NCBI GenBank assembly: GCA_965215195.1
Contig: CBDCDC010000002.1
Coordinates: forward strand, 1,792,001-1,856,000
Direction of reading: 5' to 3'
DNA from: Candidatus Latescibacterota bacterium
GTDB taxonomy: Bacteria > Latescibacterota > UBA2968 > UBA8231
Length of the DNA: 64,000 nucleotides
Every line of letters starts with the position of its first letter. The first letter of the stretch is position 1. The notes under the pieces were generated by a model. It saw only the letters and a list, made by a program, of their open reading frames with translations, did no database searches and was not told where the DNA came from. The position numbers and the translations under genes were made by a program. Shown here one piece after another: positions 48,369-59,070 of the stretch.

Positions 48369-49466
48369 TTACCGCGTCGAAAACTTGTGTATTGTAACCG
48401 TCCGGTAGGTCTCGCCCGGACGCAACACTACCGACGGAAAGCCCGGCTGGTTGATCGAGTCGGGATAGTGCTGGGTTTCTAAGCAAAGGCCGTGGTACTG
48501 ATTGTAGATTGTCCCGCCCTTACCCATCACGCCGTTGAGGTGGATGGCCGAGTAAAACTGCACCCCCGGCTCGGTGGTGTACAGTTCCATCACTCGCCCG
48601 CTCTCTGGCTCGTACACCTCGGCGGCCAGCCCGGGCTCAGCTCGGCCCCCATGGTCGAGCACGTAGTTGTGGTCGTAGCCGCCGACCTGTCCGATTTGCC
48701 CGATCCGCCCGCCAATGGCGGCCGGTTTGCCAAAGTCGAGGGGGGTGCCTGCTACCGGCAAAATGCGCCCCGTGGGGATTTGGTTGGCGTCCGGCTCGGT
48801 GTAGTAGCGGGCGTGGAGCGTGAGGATATGCCCGAGTATGGAGCCGCTGCCGGCCAAGTTGAAATAGGAGTGGTTGCTCAGGTTGATCGGCGTAGGCTCG
48901 TCCGTGGTCGCCTCGTATGCGATGACCAGCTCGTCGTCGTGGGTCAAGGTGTACGTCACGCTCACCGGCACGGTGCCTGGATAGCCCTCCTCGCCGTCTT
49001 GGCTCACGTAGTGCAAGCGCACGGCCGGCCCGCGTGTATCTTCTACCACCTCGGCGTCCCAGACGACCTTGTCGAAGCCCACTAGCCCGCCGTGCAGGTG
49101 ATTGGGACCGTTGTTGACGGCGAGTGTGTACTCTTGGCCATCTAGGGAGAATTTGCCGCCGGCGATGCGGTTGGCGACCCGCCCGGTGATACAGCCAAAA
49201 TACGGATTCTCCTGCTCGTACTGGTCCAAGCGGTCAAAGCCTAGTACGATGTCGCCCAGCATTCCGGCGCGATCGCGCACGAGGAGTTCGGTGATGATCC
49301 CACCATAGGTGATGACGCGGGCCATAGTGCCGCGGTCGTTTGTGAGGGTATAGCGATCGACGGGCTGGCCGGCTGCGGTCGTTCCAAAGCTGTCTTTGCT
49401 CACGTTGGCTGCTCCTGCGGTGGCGGCCAAGGCGACCGCCAGTAACACGGCGCTGGGCTTTTGCAT
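48369..49466 (-). CDS. galM: Aldose 1-epimerase with signal peptide
   Basis: GRVANRI, HLHGG, DGEEGYPG, NHSYFNL, YDHN, CLETQ. Confidence 0.93.
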   Translation of the reverse strand: MQKPSAVLLAVALAATAGAANVSKDSFGTTAAGQPVDRYTLTNDRGTMARVITYGGIITELLVRDRAGMLGDIVLGFDRLDQYEQENPYFGCITGRVANRIAGGKFSLDGQEYTLAVNNGPNHLHGGLVGFDKVVWDAEVVEDTRGPAVRLHYVSQDGEEGYPGTVPVSVTYTLTHDDELVIAYEATTDEPTPINLSNHSYFNLAGSGSILGHILTLHARYYTEPDANQIPTGRILPVAGTPLDFGKPAAIGGRIGQIGQVGGYDHNYVLDHGGRAEPGLAAEVYEPESGRVMELYTTEPGVQFYSAIHLNGVMGKGGTIYNQYHGLCLETQHYPDSINQPGFPSVVLRPGETYRTVTIHKFSTR

Positions 49467-49595
49467 GGCCCCTCCTCCTTGCGCTTCCTTTTTGCCAGAC
49501 GTAACATAGGCATTCCGCATGCGCGGGAACAGCCACGAGGGGCGCGACGGCCGTGAGCGGGCGTCGTCCCTTAAACCTCCTAGCGAGCTACATTT

Positions 49596-50588
49596 ATGCA
49601 AACGCCCTTTTTGCTCCTCGCCGCAATTTTTGTCGCCTGTAGCGACGCGCCGCAACCAGCGGCCAAGCCCCAACTCGCCTTTGTCACCAATGGCGTCGGT
49701 CCCTTTTGGACCATTGCCGCCAAAGGAGTCGAGGCCGCGGCCGCCGAATTTGCCGCCGACGCAGAGGTGCAAATGCCCGGCGAGGGAGTCGCCGACCAGA
49801 AGCGCATCGTCCAAGCCCTGCTGGCCCGCGGCATCGACGGCATGGCCATAAGCCCTATCGACCCGGACAATCAGACCAACCTGCTCAACGAGGCCGCCGC
49901 CCACACCAACCTGATCACCCACGACTCGGACGCGCCGCAAAGCAACCGCCTTTGCTTTATTGGCATCGACAACTACTCGGCCGGACGCGCCTGCGGGGCC
50001 CTGGTCAAAGAAGCCCTGCCCGACGGCGGAAATATCATGATCTTCGTCGGTCGCCTCGAACAGCTCAACGCCCGCCAGCGCCGCCAAGGCGTCCTCGACG
50101 AACTGCTCGATCGCTCCTTTGACCCGACGCGCCGCGACCCCAACAGCGGCCCGATCGCCGGCGACCAATACACCATTCTCGACACCCGCACCGACCAGTT
50201 CGACTACGCCAAAGCCAAAGCCCAAGTTGAAGACGCCATTGCCAAGTACCCGGACCTGCACGGCGTCGTCGGCCTATTTGCCTACAATCCGCCGATGTGC
50301 CTCGAAGCCATCAAGGAAGCCGGCAAGATCGGCCAGATCCAAATCATCGCCTTTGACGAGGAAGCCCCCACCCTCGAGGGCATCATCAACGGCCATATCT
50401 ACGGCACGGTGGTGCAAAACCCGTATCGCTACGGGTACGAGTCGGTGCGGATCCTCGCCGCTCTCGCCCGCGGCGACCGCTCGGTTTTGCCCGCCAGTGG
50501 GGTGCTCGACGTACCGGCGCGGTCCATCCGCCGCGACAATGTCGAAGCCTTTTGGGACGAATTGAAAACCCTGACCGGCACTCGCTAA
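49596..50588 (+). CDS. Sugar ABC transporter periplasmic binding lipoprotein (RbsB-like)
   Basis: Lipobox FVAC, AISPID, DSD, IGIDNY, AFDE, VVQNPY. Confidence 0.9.
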   Translation: MQTPFLLLAAIFVACSDAPQPAAKPQLAFVTNGVGPFWTIAAKGVEAAAAEFAADAEVQMPGEGVADQKRIVQALLARGIDGMAISPIDPDNQTNLLNEAAAHTNLITHDSDAPQSNRLCFIGIDNYSAGRACGALVKEALPDGGNIMIFVGRLEQLNARQRRQGVLDELLDRSFDPTRRDPNSGPIAGDQYTILDTRTDQFDYAKAKAQVEDAIAKYPDLHGVVGLFAYNPPMCLEAIKEAGKIGQIQIIAFDEEAPTLEGIINGHIYGTVVQNPYRYGYESVRILAALARGDRSVLPASGVLDVPARSIRRDNVEAFWDELKTLTGTR

Positions 50589-52078
50589 TGGCGCTGTTGG
50601 CTGCCCGCGGCATTAGCAAGCACTTTCCCGGGGTCCTTGCTCTCGACGCGGTGGATATGGCGGTGGAAGCAGGAGAAGTCCTCGCCGTCATCGGCGAAAA
50701 CGGGGCGGGCAAATCCACTCTGATGAAAATCCTCGCCGGCATTGAGACCCCGGACAGAGGCCAGATTGTGCGCGCTGGGGAATCGGTGATCATCGACTCG
50801 CCGCGCCGCGCTGCTGCGCTCGGCATCGCCCTGATCCACCAAGAGCTCAACTTTTGCGCCAATCTCTCGGTCGCCGCCAACCTCTACCTCGGCCGCGAGC
50901 CGCAGAAGTGGGGGCTGATCGACCGCGCCGCCATCCGCCGGGGGGCCGTCCAAGCCCTCGCGCAACTCGGGATCGAGGTGTCGCCGGACGCCCTGATGGG
51001 CGACTTGTCCATTGGCCACCAGCAGCTCGTCGAAATCGCCAAGGCACTCTCGACCCAAGCACGGGTTCTGATTATGGACGAGCCAACCTCCAGCCTCACC
51101 AGCCAAGAGGCCGAGGCTCTATTCGCAGTCATCGACGAGTTGCGCGGGCGCGGCGTGGCTATTGTCTATATCTCCCACCGCCTCGGAGAGGTCGCAGCCC
51201 TAGCGGACCGCGTCTTGGTCCTGTGCGACGGGCAAAACGCCGGTGAGCTGGCCCGAGCGGAGATTAGCCACGACGCCATGGTGGCGAAGATGGTCGGCCG
51301 CGACGTGGCCCAGTACTACGCGCACCAACCGCATCCGGCCGGCGACATCGCCCTCCAAGCCGCGGACTTGGTCCTCCCGGCTTGGCCCGATCACCGGCTC
51401 AACTTCGCGGTGCGGCGCGGGCAGCTCGTCGGCATCGCCGGTCTCGTCGGCGCGGGGCGCACCGAGCTGTTGCAGGTGCTCTTCGGCCTCGTCCCGGCGC
51501 TTGGTGGCCGCGTCCTCATCAACGGCGCACCGCACGCGATCCGCTCGCCGGCCGATGCCATTGGCGTCGGCTTGGCCCTCGTGCCCGAAGATCGCAAGCA
51601 ACAGGGCCTGATCCTCGAAATGGCCCTGCGCGACAACATCGGCCTGCCCGGCTTGGGGCACTACCAGCGCTTTGCCGGTTGGGCCAATTTTGCCCGCCAA
51701 GCCGCGGACGCCGAGCAAATGATCGAGCGTCTCGCCATCCGCACCCCCGGCCCGGCCCAGATCGTCCAGTACCTATCCGGCGGCAACCAGCAAAAGGCCG
51801 TGCTGGCCAAGTGGCTGGCGCTCGCGCCCCGCGTGTTGCTGCTCGACGAACCGACCCGGGGCATTGACGTGGGGGCCAAACAAGCGATTTATCGCCTGAT
51901 GGAAGAGTTGGCCGCCAGCGGCGTGGCCGTGCTGTTTGCGTCGAGTGAGTTGGAGGAAATTCTGGGGATGGCCGATGAGGTGCTGGTCATGCACGAGGGC
52001 CGCATTACCGGCCAACTCCAGCGGGACGCGCTCAGCGAGGAGGCGATTATGCACTTGGCGACCGGGAAGGCGGCTTAG
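50588..52078 (+). CDS. Sugar ABC transporter ATP-binding protein (RbsA-like)
   Basis: GENGAGKST, MDEPT, VPEDRK, LSGGNQQK. Confidence 0.93.
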   Translation: MALLAARGISKHFPGVLALDAVDMAVEAGEVLAVIGENGAGKSTLMKILAGIETPDRGQIVRAGESVIIDSPRRAAALGIALIHQELNFCANLSVAANLYLGREPQKWGLIDRAAIRRGAVQALAQLGIEVSPDALMGDLSIGHQQLVEIAKALSTQARVLIMDEPTSSLTSQEAEALFAVIDELRGRGVAIVYISHRLGEVAALADRVLVLCDGQNAGELARAEISHDAMVAKMVGRDVAQYYAHQPHPAGDIALQAADLVLPAWPDHRLNFAVRRGQLVGIAGLVGAGRTELLQVLFGLVPALGGRVLINGAPHAIRSPADAIGVGLALVPEDRKQQGLILEMALRDNIGLPGLGHYQRFAGWANFARQAADAEQMIERLAIRTPGPAQIVQYLSGGNQQKAVLAKWLALAPRVLLLDEPTRGIDVGAKQAIYRLMEELAASGVAVLFASSELEEILGMADEVLVMHEGRITGQLQRDALSEEAIMHLATGKAA

Positions 52079-52126
52079 ATACGTGCCTTGTCCTACAATC
52101 GCAAGAGGGCCGACGCGGGGTTTAAG

Positions 52127-53095
52127 ATGAAGCAGATACTGGGTATTCTCGGCTTGTTGCTGGCGATTTTTGTGGTCACTTGGATCGTCGAACCTAAGTT
52201 TGTCAGTGCCTATAACTTGCAAAATATCACGCGCTGGACCTCGCTATTTGGCATCATTTCCATCGGCGTGGCCTTTGTCATCATCACGGGCGGTATTGAC
52301 TTGTCGATTGGCTCGTTGATCGGCTTGGTGGGGTGTCTGCTGCCCATGCTCTTAGCCGCTGGATGCACACCGGCCACGGCGCTGGTGGCCGTCGTGGTTT
52401 TGTCTCTAACCATTGGGTTGATGCACGGCTTGCTGATCACGCGCCTGCGGCTGCAGCCGTTTGTCGTGACGCTGTGTGGTCTGTTGTTCTACCGCGGCTT
52501 TGCCCGCTGGCTCACCCACGACCAAGTCCAGGGCTTTGGCTCGTCCTACGAGGGCCTGCGCCAACTGGCGATTGGCAAGGTCGCGCTGGGCAGTGGCTTT
52601 GCGCTGCCGATTCCATTTTTCCTCTTGGTGCTTGTCGGGGTTTTGGCCGCCCTCTTTCTCAACCGCACGATATGGGGCCGCTACCTGTTGGCACTGGGCC
52701 GCAACGAGACGGCGGCGCGGTACAGCGGGATCCAAATTGAGCGGATGAAGGTTTTGGCGTACGTCTTGTGCTCGGGCACCGCTGGCTTGGGGGGCATCCT
52801 CTTCGCCCTCGACGTCAACTCGGTGCAACCGGCCGCGCACGGCAATTTCTACGAACTGTATGCAATTGCCGCGGCCGTGTTGGGGGGCTGTTCCCTGCGC
52901 GGCGGCGAGGGGTCGATTTTGGGGGTCGTCATTGGTGCGGCCGTCATGCGGTTGCTCTACAATGCCATCAATGTGTCCGGCATCCCCACCCAACTCGAAT
53001 TTGCCATTATCGGTGCGGTGATTTTGGCGGGGGTCATGGCCGACGAGTTGATCCGCCGCGTGGCCGGGAGGCGACGAGCGGGACGGGGGGATTAG
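52127..53095 (+). CDS. Sugar ABC transporter permease (RbsC-like)
   Basis: GGIDLSIG, GRNETAARYSG, YELYAIAAAVLGG. Confidence 0.93.
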   Translation: MKQILGILGLLLAIFVVTWIVEPKFVSAYNLQNITRWTSLFGIISIGVAFVIITGGIDLSIGSLIGLVGCLLPMLLAAGCTPATALVAVVVLSLTIGLMHGLLITRLRLQPFVVTLCGLLFYRGFARWLTHDQVQGFGSSYEGLRQLAIGKVALGSGFALPIPFFLLVLVGVLAALFLNRTIWGRYLLALGRNETAARYSGIQIERMKVLAYVLCSGTAGLGGILFALDVNSVQPAAHGNFYELYAIAAAVLGGCSLRGGEGSILGVVIGAAVMRLLYNAINVSGIPTQLEFAIIGAVILAGVMADELIRRVAGRRRAGRGD

Positions 53096-53104
53096 GCGAT
53101 GGAC

Positions 53105-53192
53105 CTTAGTACACCTCAAAACTGCGTAACGTCAGAACTTGATAACGCATTCGCATTCAAGGGCGTACCCACAGGAGGGGTCGCGTACTGAG
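53105..53192. repeat. Degenerate MITE of the CTTAGTACAC family
   Basis: CTTAGTACAC... / ...GTCGCGTACTGAG, with imperfect flanking repeats; contains TGCGTAACGTCAG. Confidence 0.5.
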
Positions 53193-53204
53193 GCCATGAC
53201 GTTA

Positions 53205-53657
53205 TCACGGCTTTGCCGTTCCCAGCCAATCGACGAAAGCCGCTGGCGACTCAACTACCACGCGGCCGTTGAGCGACTCGTGTTCAAAGCCGCACATTTG
53301 GTCGCCGACAAAGGCGAATGCGCCAGTGGTCTGTGGAATAAAGGCCAGCGCAAAGGTCAAATCGGGCACGGCCACCTGCTGTAGGTCGAGATGGGGCAGG
53401 GCAAAGGTGTAGATGTAATCTCGACTCGTCAGTTCGAGTTCAACCGCGATGCCGAGCGGCAGGTGCAATTCCTTCCCCGGCTTGGTGATGTCGTCGGCCG
53501 TGTGCAATGCGCCGTCGGGGCCTGGGTAGCGAAATTGCCAGGTGAACGCTTCCCCGCTGATTTGGATGTGTAGCGGCCCTGGGGGCAGGGCGGGCGTACA
53601 ACCGGCCGCTCCCAACGCGACTAAGCCCCACAGGGCAATCCCCGTACTGTGGCGCAT
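53205..53657 (-). CDS. Stand-alone cytochrome c oxidase subunit II-like cupredoxin lipoprotein
   Basis: WQFRYPGPDG, LHLP, LTSRD, QMCGFEH; lipobox AAGC. Confidence 0.75.
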   Translation of the reverse strand: MRHSTGIALWGLVALGAAGCTPALPPGPLHIQISGEAFTWQFRYPGPDGALHTADDITKPGKELHLPLGIAVELELTSRDYIYTFALPHLDLQQVAVPDLTFALAFIPQTTGAFAFVGDQMCGFEHESLNGRVVVESPAAFVDWLGTAKP

Positions 53658-53816
53658 ATACCCTTCCTCAATCAGCGGTTTTCCGTCGCTTACTCCAACA
53701 GCTCGGCAGGCGCAAATAAACCGCCTCGTTCCGCCCTGTCAAGCGGCTTTACACGCGCGCTTTGTCTCCCTAAAATCATCCGCACAACTCTCTACAATCC
53801 TCTCAGGAGTACCCCC

Positions 53817-55754
53817 ATGCAAAGCCTGACCGCCAATATCCCGCTCAACGCGCCCGCCCATTGGGCCGTGTGGCAGCGTCGCCTCTTCGAGGCCTTAGAT
53901 CAATCGGTGCAGCCCTTTCTCGACCACTTCACCCGCGAGGACGGCGAATTCATCTGGCAGGACGAGTGGGGCGGCGGCAGCCCCGACGATTTCTACGAGC
54001 CTTTTTTTAATTGGCCACTCGTTTATCTCATGGGCGGCGGCGAGCACCTGTTGCACCTAGCCGACCGCCAGTGGGAGGCCATCACCCGCCAACTGACCCG
54101 CTTGGGCACGGTCAGCAAGGAATACGGCATCCGCGAAGACCAGATGCACCAAGCCGAAAGCGACGTCTGCTTTTACCACTTGTGCCTAGCCCACCCCAAC
54201 GCCCCCCGGCGCGTCGAACGGGCCTGCCGCTTTGCCGGCTTTTACCTCAACGAAGACCCGGAAGCGCAAAACTACGACCCGGAGCACAAAATCCTGCGCT
54301 CGGGCCTCAACGGCAGCCACGGCCCCTATTTCGCCCCGCTGGCCGAGCGCGACCAGCAAAGCTACAACCCCTTGGGCAGCAGCATGGAAGTGTACGACCT
54401 GCCCTTTTTCGACTTGCCCGGCATCACTTGCGTACAGGACTTGGCCGACCCGGCCAAAGCCCGCCTGATGGGGCAGACCCTGTTCGACCGCTGGCGTCAG
54501 GGCGACACCCCGACCAATTTGGCCGTCACCTCGCTGGCTACCAATGCCTTCCTGATCACCGGCGATGAAAAATACCGCGCTTGGGTAGTGGAGTACACCG
54601 ACGCTTGGGTGGAGCGGGCCCGGGCCAACGGCGGTATGTTGCCCGACAACGTCGGCCTGTCGGGCCAAGTGGGCGAATACTGCGCTGGCAACTGGTACGG
54701 CGGGCGCTACGGCTGGACCTTTCCGCACGGCTTTTTGACCTTGCAGAAAGCTACGCTCGACGCGGCCGCCAACGCCTACCTGTTGACCCGCGATCGCGCC
54801 TATCTCGACCTGCCGCGCCAGCAGATGGACCGCATCTTGGAACAAGGGCGCATGGAGGATATTCGCGACCAGTACATGAGCGTGGCCGAGCGCTGGGCGA
54901 GCCAATTTGCCGCCATGGGCGAGCAGCGCGAAACCTTGCTGGTGCCCTACCGCTATGGCGACGCCGGCTGGTTCGACTGGCAGCCCATGAGTCCGGTGTA
55001 CCCGGTGACCCTGTGGAATCTCTCCATGGACGAGGGCGACTGGGAGCGCATGGAGGCCATTCGGCAAAAAGAAGCATTCGACTGGGCCGCGGTGTTCCCC
55101 TTTCACAACAAAGAAGACTCGGGCCACGAGGCCCCTTGGGTGCGCTTTCTGGCCGGGGCCAACCCGGCCTATCCAGAGCACATGTTGCAGGCCACGTACC
55201 AAGTGGCCGGCCGCCGCTTAGCCCAACTGCGCTCCGACCAAGACGTGGGCACTCGCCACCACGTCCACCACTGGCAATGGGGCAACCCCGTCTCCTCCGA
55301 AGCGCTCATCCAGCTCACTATGGGCGGCCCACAGCCCATCTACAACGGCGGTTTGCTGCACGCCCGCCTGCGCTATTTTGACGCCCAGCGCCGCCGACCC
55401 GGCCTGCCCGAAGACGTCGGGGCCTTGGTGGAAAAGCTCGCAGCGGACCGCACGGTCGTGCGCTTGGTCAATTTGAACCACAATGAGCGTAGGGAACTGG
55501 TCATTCAGGGCGGGGCCTTTGGCGAGCACCGCTTTGGCCGGGCTGCGTATCAAAGCCGCACCAGCGAGTACCCGGGCTGGATGGGCGGCTATGCCGGCAC
55601 GTACGCGGCCCCGCCCTTAGAGACTGAAGAGCGCCAAGTAGCCGTCGACGGCAAACACCTGAGCATCACCTTACCCCCCCATTGCGAAATCACCCTCGCT
55701 ATAGAAACCCAGCGCTACGTCAACGAGCCGTCGCACCACGCCGGGCCGTTTTAG
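53817..55754 (+). CDS. Uncharacterised ~74 kDa protein, paralogue of 16706-18736
   Basis: Same conserved blocks as 16706-18736; AGGAG RBS. Confidence 0.8.
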   Translation: MQSLTANIPLNAPAHWAVWQRRLFEALDQSVQPFLDHFTREDGEFIWQDEWGGGSPDDFYEPFFNWPLVYLMGGGEHLLHLADRQWEAITRQLTRLGTVSKEYGIREDQMHQAESDVCFYHLCLAHPNAPRRVERACRFAGFYLNEDPEAQNYDPEHKILRSGLNGSHGPYFAPLAERDQQSYNPLGSSMEVYDLPFFDLPGITCVQDLADPAKARLMGQTLFDRWRQGDTPTNLAVTSLATNAFLITGDEKYRAWVVEYTDAWVERARANGGMLPDNVGLSGQVGEYCAGNWYGGRYGWTFPHGFLTLQKATLDAAANAYLLTRDRAYLDLPRQQMDRILEQGRMEDIRDQYMSVAERWASQFAAMGEQRETLLVPYRYGDAGWFDWQPMSPVYPVTLWNLSMDEGDWERMEAIRQKEAFDWAAVFPFHNKEDSGHEAPWVRFLAGANPAYPEHMLQATYQVAGRRLAQLRSDQDVGTRHHVHHWQWGNPVSSEALIQLTMGGPQPIYNGGLLHARLRYFDAQRRRPGLPEDVGALVEKLAADRTVVRLVNLNHNERRELVIQGGAFGEHRFGRAAYQSRTSEYPGWMGGYAGTYAAPPLETEERQVAVDGKHLSITLPPHCEITLAIETQRYVNEPSHHAGPF

Positions 55755-55792
55755 GGGATGGTCCGGCCAAGCCGACGAGGTAGGGTGGCCCT

Positions 55793-57487
55793 TTAGCGGC
55801 GGAACCAAGCAGCAATGGCGTCGCGGCCGAGCGCGTTGGGGACATCGGCGGCGCAAAGCCAGCCCTTGCGGGCGATGCCGATGCCGTAGCCGAGATGGTC
55901 TAGGCCGGCGATGCTGTGGGCGTCGGTATTGACGGCGATTTGGACGCCGTGGTTGCGGGCCTTTTTGACGTGCCGCCAGTCGAGATCGAGCCGCGCTGGA
56001 TGGGCGTTGATTTCGAGGGCGACCTCACAGCGGGCGGCGGCTTCGATGATTTGTTCGACATCGACGGCGTAGCCTTCGCGCTTGAGGAGCAAGCGCCCGG
56101 TTGGATGGCCGACGATGGTGGCCGCCGGATGCTCAATGGCGCGGACGATGCGCGCGGTCATGGCGTCGCGGCTCAGGTTGAATTGCGAATGGACTGAGAC
56201 GACCACGAAGTCGAATTGCGCGAGCAGGTCGTCGTCGTAGTCAAGCGAGCCATCGCCGCGGATATCCGACTCAATGCCCTTGAAGATGCGGAAGGGGGCT
56301 AGCGCCTCGTTGAGCCGGTCGATTTCCTCCCACTGGCGTTGGACCTCGGCAACGCTAAGCCCTCCGGCGTAGGCCGCGGTCTGGCTGTGGTCGGCAATGC
56401 CCATGTACTCAAAGCCGCGTTCCCGCACGGCACAGGCCATGGCCTCCAGGCTGTCGGCTCCATCCGAATAGGTCGAATGCACGTGGAGCAGGCCGCGAAT
56501 GTCGGCGGCCGTTACCAGCTCGGGTAGGGCATTGGCGGCCGCGGCCTCAACTTCACCTTGGTTTTCGCGCAGCTCCGGCCGAATGTATGCGAGGCCCAAG
56601 GCGGCGAACAAAGCCGCCTCATCAGCGCACTCAATGCGCTCGGCACCGCGCCACAGACCGCGTTCATCGAGGACCAGACCGCGCCCTGCGGCCCTATCGC
56701 GCAGTGCGGCGCGGTGGTCCTCGCTGCCTGTGTAGGAGTGTAGGGCTGCGGGGAAGGCCTCGTCTGGGACCACGTGCAAGTTGGCGTGCAGTCCGCTGTG
56801 TAACCTTCCCGCGCTCGGCGCGAGGACTTCGGCGATATCCGGGTGGCCCGCAAAGGCCGCAGCCACGGCATCGGCGTCGGTGGTGCTGAGCACGAGGTCG
56901 AGCTGTTGAACCGTCTCCCGTGCGCGGCGCAGCCCACCGGCGACGGCGAGACGCTGCGCGTGGGGGCGCAGGGCGGCGAGTAGGCTTTGGGCGCTTTGCC
57001 GCGCGCTATCGACGCGGCAGTGGCCCTCGTGAGCGCGGATGAATTCAACGCCCTTGAGGATGGTTGCCTCGGTCTTGGGGCCAAAGCCCTTGAGGGCGGC
57101 GAGTTGGCCGGCGCGGCCGGCTTGCGCCAAGGCGTCGAGGGTCTCAATGCCGAGGGCCTTGCGGATGGCGTTGATCTTGCGCGGCCCCAACCCGGGGACC
57201 CGCAGCATGTCGAGCAGACCTTCGGGCGTTGCGGCCCGCAGCGTTTCATAGGCTTGGGCCGTGCCGGTGGCGGCGAATTCGGCAACCAGCGCGGCCACGC
57301 TGTCGCCGATGCCTTTGACCTCGGTCAAAGTCCCGGCCGCGAGGAGCTCGTCGAGGGGGGACGTTAGGGTTTCGAGGGCGCGCACGGCATTGGCGTACGC
57401 GCGGACGCGGAAGGAGGAAGCCCCGCTGAGTTCGAGGAGGGTGGCGTACTCTTCGACAAAATCCGCTGCAATCCGGGCCGTTATCAT
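55793..57487 (-). CDS. polX: PolX-PHP fusion, non-canonical polymerase site
   Basis: FRVRAY, HhH VKGIG and VPGLGP; PHP HVHSTYSDG, DHS, GHPTGR, NTDAH. Confidence 0.92.
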   Translation of the reverse strand: MITARIAADFVEEYATLLELSGASSFRVRAYANAVRALETLTSPLDELLAAGTLTEVKGIGDSVAALVAEFAATGTAQAYETLRAATPEGLLDMLRVPGLGPRKINAIRKALGIETLDALAQAGRAGQLAALKGFGPKTEATILKGVEFIRAHEGHCRVDSARQSAQSLLAALRPHAQRLAVAGGLRRARETVQQLDLVLSTTDADAVAAAFAGHPDIAEVLAPSAGRLHSGLHANLHVVPDEAFPAALHSYTGSEDHRAALRDRAAGRGLVLDERGLWRGAERIECADEAALFAALGLAYIRPELRENQGEVEAAAANALPELVTAADIRGLLHVHSTYSDGADSLEAMACAVRERGFEYMGIADHSQTAAYAGGLSVAEVQRQWEEIDRLNEALAPFRIFKGIESDIRGDGSLDYDDDLLAQFDFVVVSVHSQFNLSRDAMTARIVRAIEHPAATIVGHPTGRLLLKREGYAVDVEQIIEAAARCEVALEINAHPARLDLDWRHVKKARNHGVQIAVNTDAHSIAGLDHLGYGIGIARKGWLCAADVPNALGRDAIAAWFRR

Positions 57488-58269
57488 TGCTTTTGCTCGT
57501 GCATCAGGTGGAGGATGTGTGATACCAGCGGCGCGTTGCCGGCGGCGAGTCCGCCGGGGATGAGGGGGTCTGCTTGGTTGTAGGTCCGCACTTGGTGGTC
57601 GCACGTGTGCATGAGGCCGCCGGCTTCGCGCACCAATAGGTCGCCAGCGCAGACGTCCCACTCGTTTTTGTCTTGGACGCTAAAGTTGAGGTCGCAGGCC
57701 CCGGCGGCGACTAGGGCTAGCTTGTAGGCGACGCTGCCGACCGGGCGGATTGCGCCGAGGTGCGGGCGAAAGGGGTCAATTTCGCCGCGGCTGGTCTCGC
57801 TGCGGCTGACGACGGCCGTGGCTTGGCCGAGGGACTGGACCTCGCTGCAAAACACGCGCTGGCCATTGCGGAAGGTGCCGCTGCCAGACGCGGCGGCAAA
57901 AACTTCCTCCTGCGCGGGGTTGTAGATAACCGCTAGGATCGGCTCGCCGCCTTCGACTAAGGCTACGGCGACCACGTATTCGGGAATGCCTTCGACAAAC
58001 TCGCGGGTGCCGTCTATTGGATCGACGATCCACACGGCTTCTTTTGCCAAACGTTGGCGATCATCAACGGTCTCTTCGGAGAGCCAGCCGCAGTCTGGGC
58101 GCAGATCCCGCAGGGCTTTTTTGAGGTAGGCGTCGGCTTGGAGATCGGCCGCGGTAAGCGGATCGTTTCGGTCTTTGTAGGCGACTTCGAGTGGCCCGCC
58201 GAAGTACTGCAAGGTCAGCATCCCGGCCTCGCGGGTGGCTGCTATGGCTTGTTGGAGTTGGGCCTGCAT
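57484..58269 (-). CDS. Inositol monophosphatase family / 3'(2'),5'-bisphosphate nucleotidase CysQ-like
   Basis: LSEE, WIVDPIDGTREF, EWDVCAG...EAGG. Confidence 0.88.
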   Translation of the reverse strand: MQAQLQQAIAATREAGMLTLQYFGGPLEVAYKDRNDPLTAADLQADAYLKKALRDLRPDCGWLSEETVDDRQRLAKEAVWIVDPIDGTREFVEGIPEYVVAVALVEGGEPILAVIYNPAQEEVFAAASGSGTFRNGQRVFCSEVQSLGQATAVVSRSETSRGEIDPFRPHLGAIRPVGSVAYKLALVAAGACDLNFSVQDKNEWDVCAGDLLVREAGGLMHTCDHQVRTYNQADPLIPGGLAAGNAPLVSHILHLMHEQKQ

Positions 58270-58392
58270 GAGAGAATTTGAAAATAGGGGTTGGCGTTGG
58301 AGGGAGCAATGGGCTGCGCCGGGTCATGGTGCTTGACAAGACGAAGAAGCGTCGGGTAGATTGAAAAAGCAGAATCGACAATTTCAAATGAG

Positions 58393-59019
58393 GTGAAAAT
58401 GCGACTATGGATTTGGCTGCCGGCGATTTTGCTGGTGGCCCGCGGGGCCGAGGCGGCCATGGAGACAGAACAGGTGCGGAGCCTGCTACAAGAGATGCAG
58501 GCCGAAGAGACGTGGGGCGAAGCCGTGCTTGCCGATGGCCGGGTGCGCTCGTTGCGCGTGGAGGAGATTGAGGCGGATTCGGTAGCGGTCGTCGAGGTCG
58601 TCGGTGCCTTGCAGGAGCGGGAGGCCGCATACTCGCTGGCCGACATTCGCTCGCTGCGCACGCTGGGGACGCATCGCATTCAGTCGCGCCGCACCGCGTA
58701 CCAACAGCCAAAGTCCGGGCTGTTGGCCTTCCTGCTAGAGCTACCCGTGCCGGGCGCGGGCTATTTCTACATTGGAGAGCACAAACAAGGGCTCGCGCTC
58801 ATGGGCTTGACGGTGACGGCTGTGGGGACAGCTTATCTGACCGGTGCGGAGACCGCAGCCGGTTGGGTGCCGCTGTCAGCGTGGGTCAAGATCGCGTCGC
58901 TAGCCCACCTGCGCGACCAAGTCCAAGCCATCAACGAGGTGGCCACGAGCGTTGAGCTGGGCGCTCTGCCCGGGCGCGAAGCGGCCGTCCCCGCTCTGCG
59001 GCTGAAGCTGTCTTTTTAG
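58393..59019 (+). CDS. Hypothetical exported membrane protein
   Basis: Signal peptide; KSGLLAFLLELPVPGAGYFYIG (TM2/DUF5683-like). Confidence 0.7.
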   Translation: MKMRLWIWLPAILLVARGAEAAMETEQVRSLLQEMQAEETWGEAVLADGRVRSLRVEEIEADSVAVVEVVGALQEREAAYSLADIRSLRTLGTHRIQSRRTAYQQPKSGLLAFLLELPVPGAGYFYIGEHKQGLALMGLTVTAVGTAYLTGAETAAGWVPLSAWVKIASLAHLRDQVQAINEVATSVELGALPGREAAVPALRLKLSF

Positions 59020-59070
59020 GGCGTACGCAGGCTTCTGCTGGCCCTGCGCTACCGGTACGCGGAACACGTC

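Noticed and set aside
49467-50261. N-terminal extension of galM (630-aa ORF)
   Set aside because: Antisense shadow of the sugar-binding protein; an RBS and signal peptide support the start at 49466.
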